A DNA stretch of 44,956 nt from an uncultured bacterium (GCA_965652995.1 CBFGYQ010000001.1:1-44956); one strand, 5' to 3'; positions 26,263 to 36,504 are shown, counted from the stretch's first letter. Notes: a model not told the origin generated them from the letters alone. Numbers and translations are program-made.

Positions 26263-27147
26263 ATGTCAGGACAACTTAAAGAAGTTCGTAACAGAATACA
26301 GTCAGTAACATCTACACAGCAGATCACAAAAGCGATGAAGATGGTGAGTGCCGCAAAACTACGTCGCGCGCAAGATGCGATTTTGCAAATGCGTCCTTAT
26401 GCAGAGAAGTTGCAAGAAATGTTGAGCAATATTGTGAGCAGTGCATCGGGTGATATGGAATTGCATTTGGCAGATGAACGTGCGGCAGAAAAAATATTAT
26501 TGATTCCTATCACAAGTGATCGTGGATTAGCAGGTGCTTACAACACCAATGTGATCAAGATGACGCGTGAGGTAATCAAAGAAAAATACAGCGCACAGCA
26601 TTCGAAAGGGAACGTAACTATTCTTCCTTTAGGTAAAAAAGGTTATGAATATTTCTTGCGGTATGGCTATAAGGTGGTAGATAATTTCTGGACTATATTC
26701 ACCGATCTTAGTTTTGATAATGTTCGTAATGCTGCAAATTATGCACAGGAAGCATTCCTAAATAAAGAATATGACCGTATAGAATTGGTGTATAGTCAGT
26801 TTAAAAATGCTGGTACACAGACATTTGTTACGGAACCATATTTACCGATACCAAAGGTGGCTGGTACTGATGATAATAAGAAAAGCGTAGATTTCATTTT
26901 TGAGCCGGATATGGAAACACTTATCAATGAATTGATGCCGAAGATATTGAGTACACAAGTTTATAAAGCGGTATTGGATGCCAATGCTTCTGAACACGGT
27001 GCGCGTATGACAGCTATGGATAAAGCAAGTGAGAATGCGAATGAGTTACTTCGCAATTTGAAGATAAGCTACAACCGTGCTCGTCAGGCAGCTATTACAA
27101 CTGAGCTTACAGAGATCGTAAGTGGTGCAGCAGCGTTGCAGGGATAA
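26263..27147 (+). CDS. atpG: F0F1 ATP synthase subunit gamma
   Basis: 294 aa. LKEVRNRIQSVTSTQQITKAMKMVSAAKLRRAQ at the N-terminus and ...YNRARQAAITTELTEIVSGAAAL at the C-terminus. Confidence 0.95.
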   Translation: MSGQLKEVRNRIQSVTSTQQITKAMKMVSAAKLRRAQDAILQMRPYAEKLQEMLSNIVSSASGDMELHLADERAAEKILLIPITSDRGLAGAYNTNVIKMTREVIKEKYSAQHSKGNVTILPLGKKGYEYFLRYGYKVVDNFWTIFTDLSFDNVRNAANYAQEAFLNKEYDRIELVYSQFKNAGTQTFVTEPYLPIPKVAGTDDNKKSVDFIFEPDMETLINELMPKILSTQVYKAVLDANASEHGARMTAMDKASENANELLRNLKISYNRARQAAITTELTEIVSGAAALQG

Positions 27148-27170
27148 TAGTTGAGTGTTACATAATATAT

Positions 27171-27199
27171 AAATGAGGCAGATTATTTCCGCCTCATTT
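27171..27199. terminator. Hairpin terminator after atpG, shared with the convergent membrane-protein gene
   Basis: Perfect 9-bp inverted repeat aaatgaggc / gcctcattt with an 11-nt loop, followed by tcTTTTTaag. The minus-strand gene's stop codon (27194-27196) lies in the right arm. Confidence 0.65.
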
Positions 27200-28981
27200 T
27201 CTTTTTAAGAGAATTATCCCGTCTAGATTTAAGGAAGATCTGTCCTCCGATTTCTCATTTGTACCTGAAAGTTGATTGTAATAAACGGTTATTATCCAGT
27301 CATTCGTTGTAAACCTCTGTTGCATTTCTTCGTTTTCGATTTTTACATCACTGTTATTAGTTGTTTCACCATATTTTTTCAATAAGGATCGGAGCAAATC
27401 TCGAGGGTGAATAGTCGCAATTTTCTTGTTTTTTTCAAATAGTTCCAACTGCTCGTCATTGTAGTCGTAAAAAGCGTAGAGGTCTGTACCTGATGTGTCG
27501 AAGCCATATTGTTTTATTGTAACGAGATAGTCATAACCAGAGATTGCAATATGATGATTGCTTGAAGTGTAAGAATACCATTTGTTATCTACCGATGTAG
27601 AATTATCTTCTTTGGAATAGCTATCAACATAAGTGAGTCCCATTGAGTTCATTACAATAGTAGTGTTACTGTAAGAGCTATATTTTTCATTTTTAAGCGT
27701 ATCTGTACGAAACCAAGGTTGTAAACTTTGTGTGCCATGAATAGAAATTAGATATTCTACAACAGACGACAATCTTTTTCTATCTACATAAGGTACTTTT
27801 TGATCTTCCTTTATTTTCCCTGCTTTATTGTTGGACAACAAATTGTTTTTTACAAGCAGTTCTTTCAGCTTTGCTCGTTGGCTAGCTTTAGAAATTGGAA
27901 ATGCAGTAACGGTCAACATCAAACCTATGAAAGCGAGGCTAAGCGGTATAATGCGAATATCTCCATTCGGTTTTATTAAATAGAAAAAGGAGATGCATGT
28001 AAGCCAAATAGCTAATGCCAATACAAACAGTCTTTCTTCCGTAAAGCCATAAGCATTGATGCGTGTAAGAATTGCTACAAACATCAACACTACCAAAGGG
28101 ATAAGTAACACATAAAACCATTTTGCAAATGTTTTTATCCAATTATTCCCCACCATACTTCTGATGGGATAAACAAGTAAAAGACTAAGAATACCAGCCA
28201 CTCCATACGCCAGTATCAAGTTGCTTACCCAGCCTTCAGGCAGTTTCCACTGAATTATTATTTTAGTTTCATAAGCTAATAGAATGATGAGGTAAATAAT
28301 GACCAAAGGAACTAATACAAACTGTGTAAATACTTTGAGAATTTTAGGATAATCATTTTGCTTTTCCAGTTCATCTGCGTTTTGTGGAACACTGGCTAGG
28401 AAAAACCATGTATTAAAAATAGATGCAACCACAATAAACAATCTGAAATACCAACGTTCCGGAATGTTGAGATGGAACAATACATCAACGGCTGCCAAAG
28501 CGCCTGAAAGACCTGCAAAGAAAACACCACTAAAAATAACTGCTGTAATAATCCGTAGAAAAAGTTCTTTATTGAATTGCCAAAAAGCATGAGTGCTACC
28601 TCTGTTTACAAAACCTGCACAAGAAACCATAAGGTGCGCAACTACATTGAGTAAGAAAAACCGGATAACATCTTTGGTTCGGATAGGATTGTCAATACTC
28701 CAGAAAAATAAAATAAGGATAGCAGTTACAATGCCGTATTCGATCCATCTTCTCTGAACACTGAATTTCCTAAAACGACTTCTGATAGTAACTGCCAAAT
28801 AAGACGGTAAAGCTAGAGCTGCAATGAGCAATATCTTTATTACCGCATCTTCGCTTTTAGTTTCGTAAGATAGCTCTATTCCCGCAGCCATGCCTACTAT
28901 GGAAGTGATACATTCTAAAGGATAATCATTAATAACCTTTATTGTTTTGTCGATTATGTTTTGAAAAGATGGGAAACGCAT
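27194..28981 (-). CDS. Polytopic membrane protein (DUF4153-like) with ~220-aa C-terminal soluble domain
   Basis: 595 aa. Roughly 10-11 hydrophobic helices across the first ~370 aa, then a hydrophilic C-terminal region. The family assignment is from recollection of Bacteroidota DUF4153 proteins of this size and architecture only. Confidence 0.5.
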   Translation of the reverse strand: MRFPSFQNIIDKTIKVINDYPLECITSIVGMAAGIELSYETKSEDAVIKILLIAALALPSYLAVTIRSRFRKFSVQRRWIEYGIVTAILILFFWSIDNPIRTKDVIRFFLLNVVAHLMVSCAGFVNRGSTHAFWQFNKELFLRIITAVIFSGVFFAGLSGALAAVDVLFHLNIPERWYFRLFIVVASIFNTWFFLASVPQNADELEKQNDYPKILKVFTQFVLVPLVIIYLIILLAYETKIIIQWKLPEGWVSNLILAYGVAGILSLLLVYPIRSMVGNNWIKTFAKWFYVLLIPLVVLMFVAILTRINAYGFTEERLFVLALAIWLTCISFFYLIKPNGDIRIIPLSLAFIGLMLTVTAFPISKASQRAKLKELLVKNNLLSNNKAGKIKEDQKVPYVDRKRLSSVVEYLISIHGTQSLQPWFRTDTLKNEKYSSYSNTTIVMNSMGLTYVDSYSKEDNSTSVDNKWYSYTSSNHHIAISGYDYLVTIKQYGFDTSGTDLYAFYDYNDEQLELFEKNKKIATIHPRDLLRSLLKKYGETTNNSDVKIENEEMQQRFTTNDWIITVYYNQLSGTNEKSEDRSSLNLDGIILLKRK

Positions 28982-29129
28982 AAAGAGTTTTTTGATAATA
29001 ATGTAAATATATCAGATGCAGAAGTTGTAATAAATACATAAACCTAACCCTACAAAAGAATAGCTCTAATAATACGATATTGTATAAAATTATAACTTTA
29101 CTCTTAACGAAATCATCTTATAATAATAC

Positions 29130-30068
29130 ATGTTGTCAGTCTTCAGAAGGTTAAAAGCTGCCTATAGTTTCTACAACTATTTTCATAGAAAGGAATTGGT
29201 CCATAATGAGGGCTTGTATAAAAAATATGGCATCCGAAAGAAATATTATTCTCCTATATCCAGTAAAGATTTTGCACATCTGAATAATAAAGTAAATCAA
29301 CAATCTGCACAGCAGGCTATTACCGAAACTGAATTTTATAAAAATCTATCTCCAGAAAATCAAGAAAGTGCACGTCATTATGATGATAATGGTTACATCA
29401 TTATTAAGAATTATTTGTCACAAGAAAAAGTAGCCGCTATAAATACAGAAATAGAAAGGCTGATGCGAGAGCAAAAGATAAAGTTTAATACAGTCAACAA
29501 ACTCATGTTTGCTATTCATCAATCATCATTATTAAGAGGTATAGGAGAACAAACACAATTGAAAGATTTTCTAGGGGTGTTACTTGATGGAGAGGCCGTG
29601 CTTTTTCAAAGTATCAACTTCATAATGGGTAGCGAGCAACATACCCATTCTGACTCTATTCACATGACAACTTATCCGCTTGGTGGGCTTTTAGGCGTTT
29701 GGATCGCATTGGATGATATAACAACAGAAAATGGACCACTCCATTATTATCCCGGCAGTCACAAACTTCCATACTATCTCAATTCTGATTATGACAATGA
29801 AGGGAATGAATTCTTAATCGGCGAAAAATCATACAAGGCTTATGAGGAAATGATCGAAAACAAGATCCAAGAAAAAGGTTTGAAAAAAGAAGTGTTCTTG
29901 GCGAATAAAGGGGATTTGTTGATATGGCATGCCAATCTTTTTCATGGAGGTGAGCCGCATCATGATAAGAATCTTACAAGAAAAAGTATGGTATTACATT
30001 ACTTCAAAAAAGATTCTATTTGCTATCATGAGATCACCCAACGACCGGCATTGATAAAGACTAGCTAA
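29130..30068 (+). CDS. Phytanoyl-CoA dioxygenase (PhyH) family Fe(II)/2-oxoglutarate-dependent oxygenase
   Basis: 312 aa. HTHSDSIH (HxD facial-triad region), WIALDDITTENGPLHYYPGSHKLPY, LLIWHANLFHGGEP (distal His). Confidence 0.75.
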   Translation: MLSVFRRLKAAYSFYNYFHRKELVHNEGLYKKYGIRKKYYSPISSKDFAHLNNKVNQQSAQQAITETEFYKNLSPENQESARHYDDNGYIIIKNYLSQEKVAAINTEIERLMREQKIKFNTVNKLMFAIHQSSLLRGIGEQTQLKDFLGVLLDGEAVLFQSINFIMGSEQHTHSDSIHMTTYPLGGLLGVWIALDDITTENGPLHYYPGSHKLPYYLNSDYDNEGNEFLIGEKSYKAYEEMIENKIQEKGLKKEVFLANKGDLLIWHANLFHGGEPHHDKNLTRKSMVLHYFKKDSICYHEITQRPALIKTS

Positions 30069-30102
30069 AATCGTTGTAACTTCAAGACAAAGAAGTTGTG
30101 TT

Positions 30103-30534
30103 ATGAAAGATATTACCAAACAATACTCTAATGGTGAAGTTACCGTAGTGTGGAAGCCTGATATCTGTATACATTCTGGTATTTGCGTAAAGGGTTTGCA
30201 TAGTGTATTTAACACAAAAGCATCTCCTTGGATCAATATTAACGGTGCCGGCACAGATGAAATTATCAAGCAAGTAGAAGCTTGTCCTTCCGGAGCGTTA
30301 AGTTATTATATGAATGGCGATGCGAAAAATGATGCAATAAAAACCGAAGTAGAAAGTGTGGTAGAGATCATGAAAAACGGTCCGCTTATGGTGTTTGGGA
30401 ATATTACTATCAAAAAGCATGATGGAAGCGAAGAAAAGAAACATAAGGTCACTGCATTTTGTCGCTGTGGTGCTTCGAAAAACAAACCTTATTGTGATGG
30501 AACCCACACAAAGATCAGTTTTAAAGACGAATGA
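30103..30534 (+). CDS. Small iron-sulfur protein: divergent 4Fe-4S mono-cluster domain + CDGSH-type domain
   Basis: 143 aa. N-terminal half VVWKPDICIHSGICVKGL...VEACPSGALSYY. C-terminal CRCGASKNKPYCDGTH (CDGSH signature). Confidence 0.7.
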   Translation: MKDITKQYSNGEVTVVWKPDICIHSGICVKGLHSVFNTKASPWININGAGTDEIIKQVEACPSGALSYYMNGDAKNDAIKTEVESVVEIMKNGPLMVFGNITIKKHDGSEEKKHKVTAFCRCGASKNKPYCDGTHTKISFKDE

Positions 30535-31160
30535 TTTTGGATATAGAGAAACTTAAAACCCGTTTACAACAAGAACTTCCCGGGAAAGAAGCACAAAATA
30601 GAATGATGTCACGCGTGAGAGCAATGCCGGGTGAAATACCTAAAGACGCAAAGCCAAGCGCGGTGTTGATTTTAATGTATCCAATAGAGGGAATCTGGAA
30701 TATCCTATACATACAGCGTGCGAAAGATGGTCACGCCCACAGCGGACAGATAAGTTTTCCGGGTGGTAAGCAAGAGCCGGATGATGCAGATCTGAAAGCG
30801 ACTGCTTTAAGAGAAGCCCATGAAGAAGTTGGTGTGATGAGTGAGGAAGTGGAAATAGTGGGGTCGCTTACCTCTTTGTATATTCCTATCAGCAACTTTA
30901 ATGTGTATCCATTTGTTGCAGTTGCTAAAAACAAACCTCAATACCGTCTTCAGAAAAGTGAGGTTGCAACTATTTTTGAACTTCCGGTAAGCCAACTTCT
31001 AAATGCTGATTTGAAAGATAACATAGAAGTTACCTCTCCGATTGATAAAACATTCATTCGAAAAGTGCCGGCATATCAAATTGCCGAAAATGCAATTTTG
31101 TGGGGTGCGACTGCCATGATAAGTTCTGAGTTGGAAGTGATCTTAGAAGAGATTTTTTAA
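30531..31160 (+). CDS. NUDIX hydrolase, CoA pyrophosphatase type
   Basis: 209 aa. ILYIQRAKDGHAHSGQISFPGGKQEPDDADLKATALREAHEEVGV contains the CoA-type upstream motif plus the Nudix box GGx5Ex7REAxEExG. Its ATG overlaps the preceding stop (ATGA). Confidence 0.8.
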   Translation: MILDIEKLKTRLQQELPGKEAQNRMMSRVRAMPGEIPKDAKPSAVLILMYPIEGIWNILYIQRAKDGHAHSGQISFPGGKQEPDDADLKATALREAHEEVGVMSEEVEIVGSLTSLYIPISNFNVYPFVAVAKNKPQYRLQKSEVATIFELPVSQLLNADLKDNIEVTSPIDKTFIRKVPAYQIAENAILWGATAMISSELEVILEEIF

Positions 31161-31268
31161 GCATATGAAAAATCAACAATTTCAATATTAATTACATTGT
31201 TTTTTGTTGCTTTGTAGATAATTTCCTCCCTAACTGAATACGGTACAATTTTTTATAGATAGGAACTG

Positions 31269-34200
31269 ATGCGGAAAGCCCTGAAAATAACGCTGTGGAT
31301 ACTTGGTAGCTTATTGTTCATTATTCTCATTGTGGTCATTTTATTAATGACACCGCCGGGGAAGGAATTTGTGCGGAAGCAAGCGGAAAATTTCCTCCGT
31401 AAAAAGCTAAAAACCACCGTCAATATTGGCCGGATAGATTACAGCTTACCGAAATTCATTGAGCTTAATGAAATCTTATTTCTTGACCAAGCACAAGACA
31501 CGTTACTAGCCGGACACAAGATAAAGGTGGATATTGCAATGCTGAAGCTTCTCAATAGCAATGTGGACGTGCAGGAAATTCATCTCGAAGGAATAAACGC
31601 ACATATCTATCGAAATATTCCCGACACCAATTTCAATTTTCAATACATCATTGACGCATTTGTGACAGCACCAACGGGAGAAACTACTGCAAAAGACACT
31701 AGTGGCGGAAGCACGTTAACGATGAGCGTTGATAAACTAAAACTGGATAATATTCGTTTTCGTTTTGATGATTATACTGGTGGTAGTCGCTTTGCTGCGA
31801 ACGTGAATGAGTTGATGCTCACAATGAATAAGATCGATCCTGAAAAACTGATTTTCAATATTGAAAAACTGCATGTAAATGGATTGGATGGAGCGTTTGT
31901 GATGGATACATCTTACTTACCACCAACACCTGACGAACCTCCCGGACCTATCACCTTTCAGCTTGCTGCAAAAGAATTGGATTTGAAGAATGTTCATTAC
32001 AACCAGCAAAGTGTTTTGGATAAATTTTTCATGGATATCAATGTGAGTAGATTATACGGACATCCTCATAAAATTGATCTTCCCAACCAAACCATTGAAA
32101 TAAAAGACTTATTGCTTGATCCTTCGCAAGTAAAAATATCAATGGAGAACAAAGTGGCGAATGCGGCCGTTGAAGTGATAGATACTTTGGTGGAAAGCGA
32201 TCCATTGCCATATATGAAGTGGAGAGTTTTGGGAGATAAATTGAACATCAAGAATCTTGATTTTAAGTTTGATAATCTTAGCCTTCCAAAACAAAGATCA
32301 GGAATGGATTATGCGCATTTAGATGCGAAAGGATTGACGCTTGACGCAGAAAAAATTTATTACACCACCGATACGATCGCAGCTTCTATCAAGCATTTGG
32401 CATTAAAAGAACAATCCGGTTTTGATCTGCGAGAATTCAAAACAGATTTTGTGTATCATCCGCAAGGTGGTTATTTGAAAGACCTTTATCTGCAAACCGA
32501 TAATACCATCTTGCAAGACTATGCTTGGGTACAATATCCCTCACTGGAGGCTCTGACGAAGAACATGAACCTGATGCAGTTGAAGATCAATCTTCAAAAA
32601 AGTATCGTTGGTGTAAAAGATATTTTGCTGTTCGCTCCACAACTAACACAGGAAGAATTTTTCAGAAAGAATAGAAACGGTATGGTGCGGTTGGATGCAA
32701 AATTAGATGGAAGATTAGATGCTGTAAATATTCAACAGTTTGCTATGTCTGGTTTGGGAAGTACTGAAGTTATATTGTCTGGAAAGGTTTATGGAATGCC
32801 CGATGCTAACAAGTTGCGTTATGATCTAAACATAGCAAAGCTGTCTTCTTCACGCAGAGATATAGAAGCCTTACTGCCACCTTCTGCAACGGCACAAATA
32901 AGTTTACCCGAACGCTTTGCCGCAACGGGAACCATTTCAGGAACGACTTTAGCTTATCGCCCAAATTTATTTATTACATCTTCTGATGGTAATGCAAGAC
33001 TGAATGGCTTGGTATCAATGGAAGGTGGGACGGGAAATGAACGATATGATATTGATATTAGTACTAAGTCGCTAAACCTTGGAAAGATCTTAAAGAACCC
33101 ACAATTAGGTTTTATCTCAGCAGACATCAAAGCAAAGGGAACGAGCTTCGATATTAATAAAATGAATGCCGTTGCTAGCGGAACTATTCATGCTGCAACA
33201 TTTAATGGTTACACTTACAATCGTATAAATTTCAAAGGAGATATTGCAAAGAAAATTGCCAACTTCAAGGTAGCATCTAAAGACAGCAACATGCATTTGG
33301 ATTTGATGACGCATGTAAATCTCAATGGAAAATATCCGGCGATAAGAGCTTATGGAGATATTGACAGCATCAACCTTTATCAATTAAAATTCTATTCTAA
33401 AGAAATAAAAATTCGTGGTAAACTGGATGCAGATATACAAGAATTAAATCCTGATTATCCTGTTGCAACGGTTGTTCTGCGCGAACCTTCTGTAGGAACA
33501 GGTGGCGAAAATTATTATCTCGATAGCATTTACATTGTTTCAAAACCAACACCAGATAGCGGCAATAATATTTTTGTGAATGCACAAGCGTTGGTGGCAA
33601 ATGTTTGGGGACATACGCCGCTTACCAAAGCTGGAGCTGTTATTCAAGAACAGATAGATAAGCACTACACATTCGATGATAGCACGTACCAAGCACAGAA
33701 AGGAATGGTGAAAGTAGATACGTTGGGCAATTATGATTTGAATGTAAAAGCACGTGTCAATCGTCATCCGGTGTTGTATGCGTTGGTGCCGGATTTGAAA
33801 CGAGTGGATAGCATTGATATTACAGGAAATGTTACCCCGAATAATTTGGTCTTGAATGTAGATGCGCCAAAAATTGTTTACAGTACGATGGATATCAATG
33901 GTGCGAAACTGCGCGTAAATGGAGATAATGCCAACCTCACTTATTTGGCTTCGTTAGATTTACTTAATCAAGGAACGATGCAATTTTGGAACCCTACCAT
34001 CGCCGGAAATATTCAACAAAATGCAGTCACTTCAAAAGTTTCTATAACTGATCAAGATAGTACGGAAAGGTTTAGATTAAGTGCATTGTTACGACGTAAT
34101 GGTGATGATCAAATATTGCAATTGCAAAAAGGTTTGCTGTTGAATTATGAAGAATGGCAAGTGGCGGATGGGAACAGAATTGTCTTAGCACAACCTGGAA

Positions 34201-36359
34201 TGTACATTCAAGATTTTGCTATCAACAAAGGAAGCGAGAGCATTCGCATCAACAGTGAAACGCCAACTTACAACGCACCCCTTACAGCAGATATCACCAA
34301 CTTTTTATTGTCAAATGTGACAGGCATTATTAGCAAAGACACGTTGTTTGCAAATGGCTCTTTAGCAGGGAATGTAAAAGTTTCGCAACTGCAACCGAAC
34401 CTCATGTTTACTTCAGCATTGAACGTTGCCAACCTTTCTTTTATGGGCGATACGGTTGGTAACGTAAAAATCAATGCGAACAGTATTGATGCGAACACTG
34501 TAAATGCCAATGTAGGTCTCACAGGTTTTGGAAATGACGTGCGCGTAGCCGGTAAATATTTTATAGAGCCGGTGAACGGAGATCAGTTTGATATGAATTT
34601 GGTCTTGAATCCTTTGAATGTAAAATCAATTGAGGGCGTTACCAACTACATGATAAAAAACAGTTCCGGTACCATCACGGGAGAATTAAAAGTGCGCGGA
34701 ACACCTACAGAACCTGAATTGAATGGCGAATTAAAAACCAATCAACTCACTACCAATATTGCCATGCTCAATCAGCCTTTTACAATGCCGGATGAGATCA
34801 TCACATTTACAAGGGGTGGCGTACGGTTCAATAATTTTGAAATATTTGATAGTGCAAGAAACAAGTTAGAGGTAGATGGACGTATCATCACTCGTGATTA
34901 TCAAAATATGAACCTTGCGATGCGAATTAATGCGCGCAATTGGCAAGCTATGAATTCCACCGCTAAAGACAATAAAGACTTTCACGGCAAACTTTTCCTA
35001 ACTACCAATATGGATATATACGGTCCGATGACGGCACCGAATGTAGATGGTAGATTGAATATCTTGAAAGGAACAGACATGACTGTCGTGATACCTGAAC
35101 AGCAAGTGGCAATACAAGATCATGAAGGCATTGTGAAGTTTGTGAACATGAAGGATACAGGTCGATATCAATTGACAACGCAAGTAAAAGATACTTTTAA
35201 AAAGCTAGCTACTGTGCCAAAAGGTTCTGAAATCAATTTGAATATTAATCTTAATGAAGAAGCCAATTTCAGCGTGATCATTGATGAAAGCACAGGAGAC
35301 TTTTTGAGAGTGCGTGGTGAAGCGGATTTGAATACGACAGTCGCGCCGGATGGCACGCTTGGTTTGTCCGGTGTTTTAGAAATTAAGGATGGACAATATC
35401 AATTGAACTATAACCTTATCAAACGCCTTTTCCGAATACAACCCGGAAGCACTTTGGCTTTTTCGGGAGACCCAACGCAAGCGCAAGCTAATGTTACTGC
35501 TATCTATGAAGCTATTGTGCCGCCTTATGATTTAGTATCGCGTCAAGTAGATGAACAAGAACTCGTGTATTACAAACAGAGACTTCCTTTTGAAGTACAC
35601 ATGAAACTGACAGGTGAATTGATGAAGCCTGAAATTAGTTTTGATATTCAACTGCCTGAAGAGAAAGCGTATGCTGTTGGTTCTATCGTAAGTGATTTGG
35701 TGCAAGCACGTTTGGCAGAACTTCGTAACAGTCCATCGGACCTTAACAAACAAGTTTTTGCATTGATCATTCTTAATCGTTTTGTGTCGGAAAATCCTTT
35801 TGAAAGTGGTGCAGGTAGAGACGCGGAAAGTATTGCAAGGCAAAGTGCTAGCCGTTTTATTTCAGAACAACTCAACAAGTTTGCCGGCAATTTGGTACAA
35901 GGTTTAGACCTTACGATGGACTTAGCAACATCTGATGATTATACAACAGGACAAAGAAGAAATCGCACCGATCTCAATCTTGCAGCTTCTAAAAAATTAT
36001 TGAACGATAGATTGACACTTACGGTCGGCAACAGCTTTCAGTTAGAAGGTCCGCAATCTAATTCTACGCAAGGTACTTCGTTCATTCCCGGAAACCTTGC
36101 AGCAGACTATGATCTTTCGAAAGACAGAAGATATAGAGTGCGTGTGTACAGAAGAAATGAAGATATGGGTATTGTAGATGGTTTTGTGGTGAAGACAGGA
36201 ACGAGTTTTATTATGACATTGGAATACAATAATATTAGAAGAGCATTTATGAGCCGTAAGAAGAAAGAACAATTGCGTGAGCAAAGAAGAAAGCAACGTC
36301 AGGAAAATAGAAAGATAGAAGAACAAAAGAATGCGGAGATGGAAAAGGTGGAAGGGTAG
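31269..36359 (+). CDS. tamB: Translocation and assembly module subunit TamB (AsmA-like, C-terminal DUF490)
   Basis: 1696 aa. N-terminal signal-anchor LKITLWILGSLLFIILIVVILLM and a very long beta-rich repetitive body. It is followed by an Omp85-family gene. It carries an unusual 36-aa K/R/E-rich tail. Confidence 0.85.
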   Translation: MRKALKITLWILGSLLFIILIVVILLMTPPGKEFVRKQAENFLRKKLKTTVNIGRIDYSLPKFIELNEILFLDQAQDTLLAGHKIKVDIAMLKLLNSNVDVQEIHLEGINAHIYRNIPDTNFNFQYIIDAFVTAPTGETTAKDTSGGSTLTMSVDKLKLDNIRFRFDDYTGGSRFAANVNELMLTMNKIDPEKLIFNIEKLHVNGLDGAFVMDTSYLPPTPDEPPGPITFQLAAKELDLKNVHYNQQSVLDKFFMDINVSRLYGHPHKIDLPNQTIEIKDLLLDPSQVKISMENKVANAAVEVIDTLVESDPLPYMKWRVLGDKLNIKNLDFKFDNLSLPKQRSGMDYAHLDAKGLTLDAEKIYYTTDTIAASIKHLALKEQSGFDLREFKTDFVYHPQGGYLKDLYLQTDNTILQDYAWVQYPSLEALTKNMNLMQLKINLQKSIVGVKDILLFAPQLTQEEFFRKNRNGMVRLDAKLDGRLDAVNIQQFAMSGLGSTEVILSGKVYGMPDANKLRYDLNIAKLSSSRRDIEALLPPSATAQISLPERFAATGTISGTTLAYRPNLFITSSDGNARLNGLVSMEGGTGNERYDIDISTKSLNLGKILKNPQLGFISADIKAKGTSFDINKMNAVASGTIHAATFNGYTYNRINFKGDIAKKIANFKVASKDSNMHLDLMTHVNLNGKYPAIRAYGDIDSINLYQLKFYSKEIKIRGKLDADIQELNPDYPVATVVLREPSVGTGGENYYLDSIYIVSKPTPDSGNNIFVNAQALVANVWGHTPLTKAGAVIQEQIDKHYTFDDSTYQAQKGMVKVDTLGNYDLNVKARVNRHPVLYALVPDLKRVDSIDITGNVTPNNLVLNVDAPKIVYSTMDINGAKLRVNGDNANLTYLASLDLLNQGTMQFWNPTIAGNIQQNAVTSKVSITDQDSTERFRLSALLRRNGDDQILQLQKGLLLNYEEWQVADGNRIVLAQPGMYIQDFAINKGSESIRINSETPTYNAPLTADITNFLLSNVTGIISKDTLFANGSLAGNVKVSQLQPNLMFTSALNVANLSFMGDTVGNVKINANSIDANTVNANVGLTGFGNDVRVAGKYFIEPVNGDQFDMNLVLNPLNVKSIEGVTNYMIKNSSGTITGELKVRGTPTEPELNGELKTNQLTTNIAMLNQPFTMPDEIITFTRGGVRFNNFEIFDSARNKLEVDGRIITRDYQNMNLAMRINARNWQAMNSTAKDNKDFHGKLFLTTNMDIYGPMTAPNVDGRLNILKGTDMTVVIPEQQVAIQDHEGIVKFVNMKDTGRYQLTTQVKDTFKKLATVPKGSEINLNINLNEEANFSVIIDESTGDFLRVRGEADLNTTVAPDGTLGLSGVLEIKDGQYQLNYNLIKRLFRIQPGSTLAFSGDPTQAQANVTAIYEAIVPPYDLVSRQVDEQELVYYKQRLPFEVHMKLTGELMKPEISFDIQLPEEKAYAVGSIVSDLVQARLAELRNSPSDLNKQVFALIILNRFVSENPFESGAGRDAESIARQSASRFISEQLNKFAGNLVQGLDLTMDLATSDDYTTGQRRNRTDLNLAASKKLLNDRLTLTVGNSFQLEGPQSNSTQGTSFIPGNLAADYDLSKDRRYRVRVYRRNEDMGIVDGFVVKTGTSFIMTLEYNNIRRAFMSRKKKEQLREQRRKQRQENRKIEEQKNAEMEKVEG

Positions 36360-36370
36360 AAGGGGTTTCG

Positions 36371-36504
36371 CACAGAGCGCACAAAGAAAAAAGAGGCGCA
36401 AAGAACTCTGTGAACTCAAAAACTCTGTGACCTCTGTGTGAAACATGCCGAATACAAAAAAGAACGTAGAAGAGTGCAACGCCCGCCTGATCGGACGGGC
36501 AGGC
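36371..36504. repeat. GC-rich REP-like intergenic element with CACAGAG/CTCTGTG motifs and short GC stems
   Basis: CACAGAG at 36371-36377. CTCTGTG at 36406-36412, 36423-36429 and 36432-36438. The 10-nt direct repeat aactctgtga occurs at 36404-36413 and 36421-36430. GC stems gcccg/cgggc (36481-36485 / 36496-36500) or gcctg/caggc (36484-36488 / 36500-36504). Confidence 0.6.

Noticed and set aside
36371-36438. Possible mini-CRISPR because of the repeated CTCTGTG units
   Set aside because: The repeat units are only 7-10 nt with 7-nt or shorter spacers, there are three or four copies, and no cas genes are present. This does not fit CRISPR repeat or spacer lengths.
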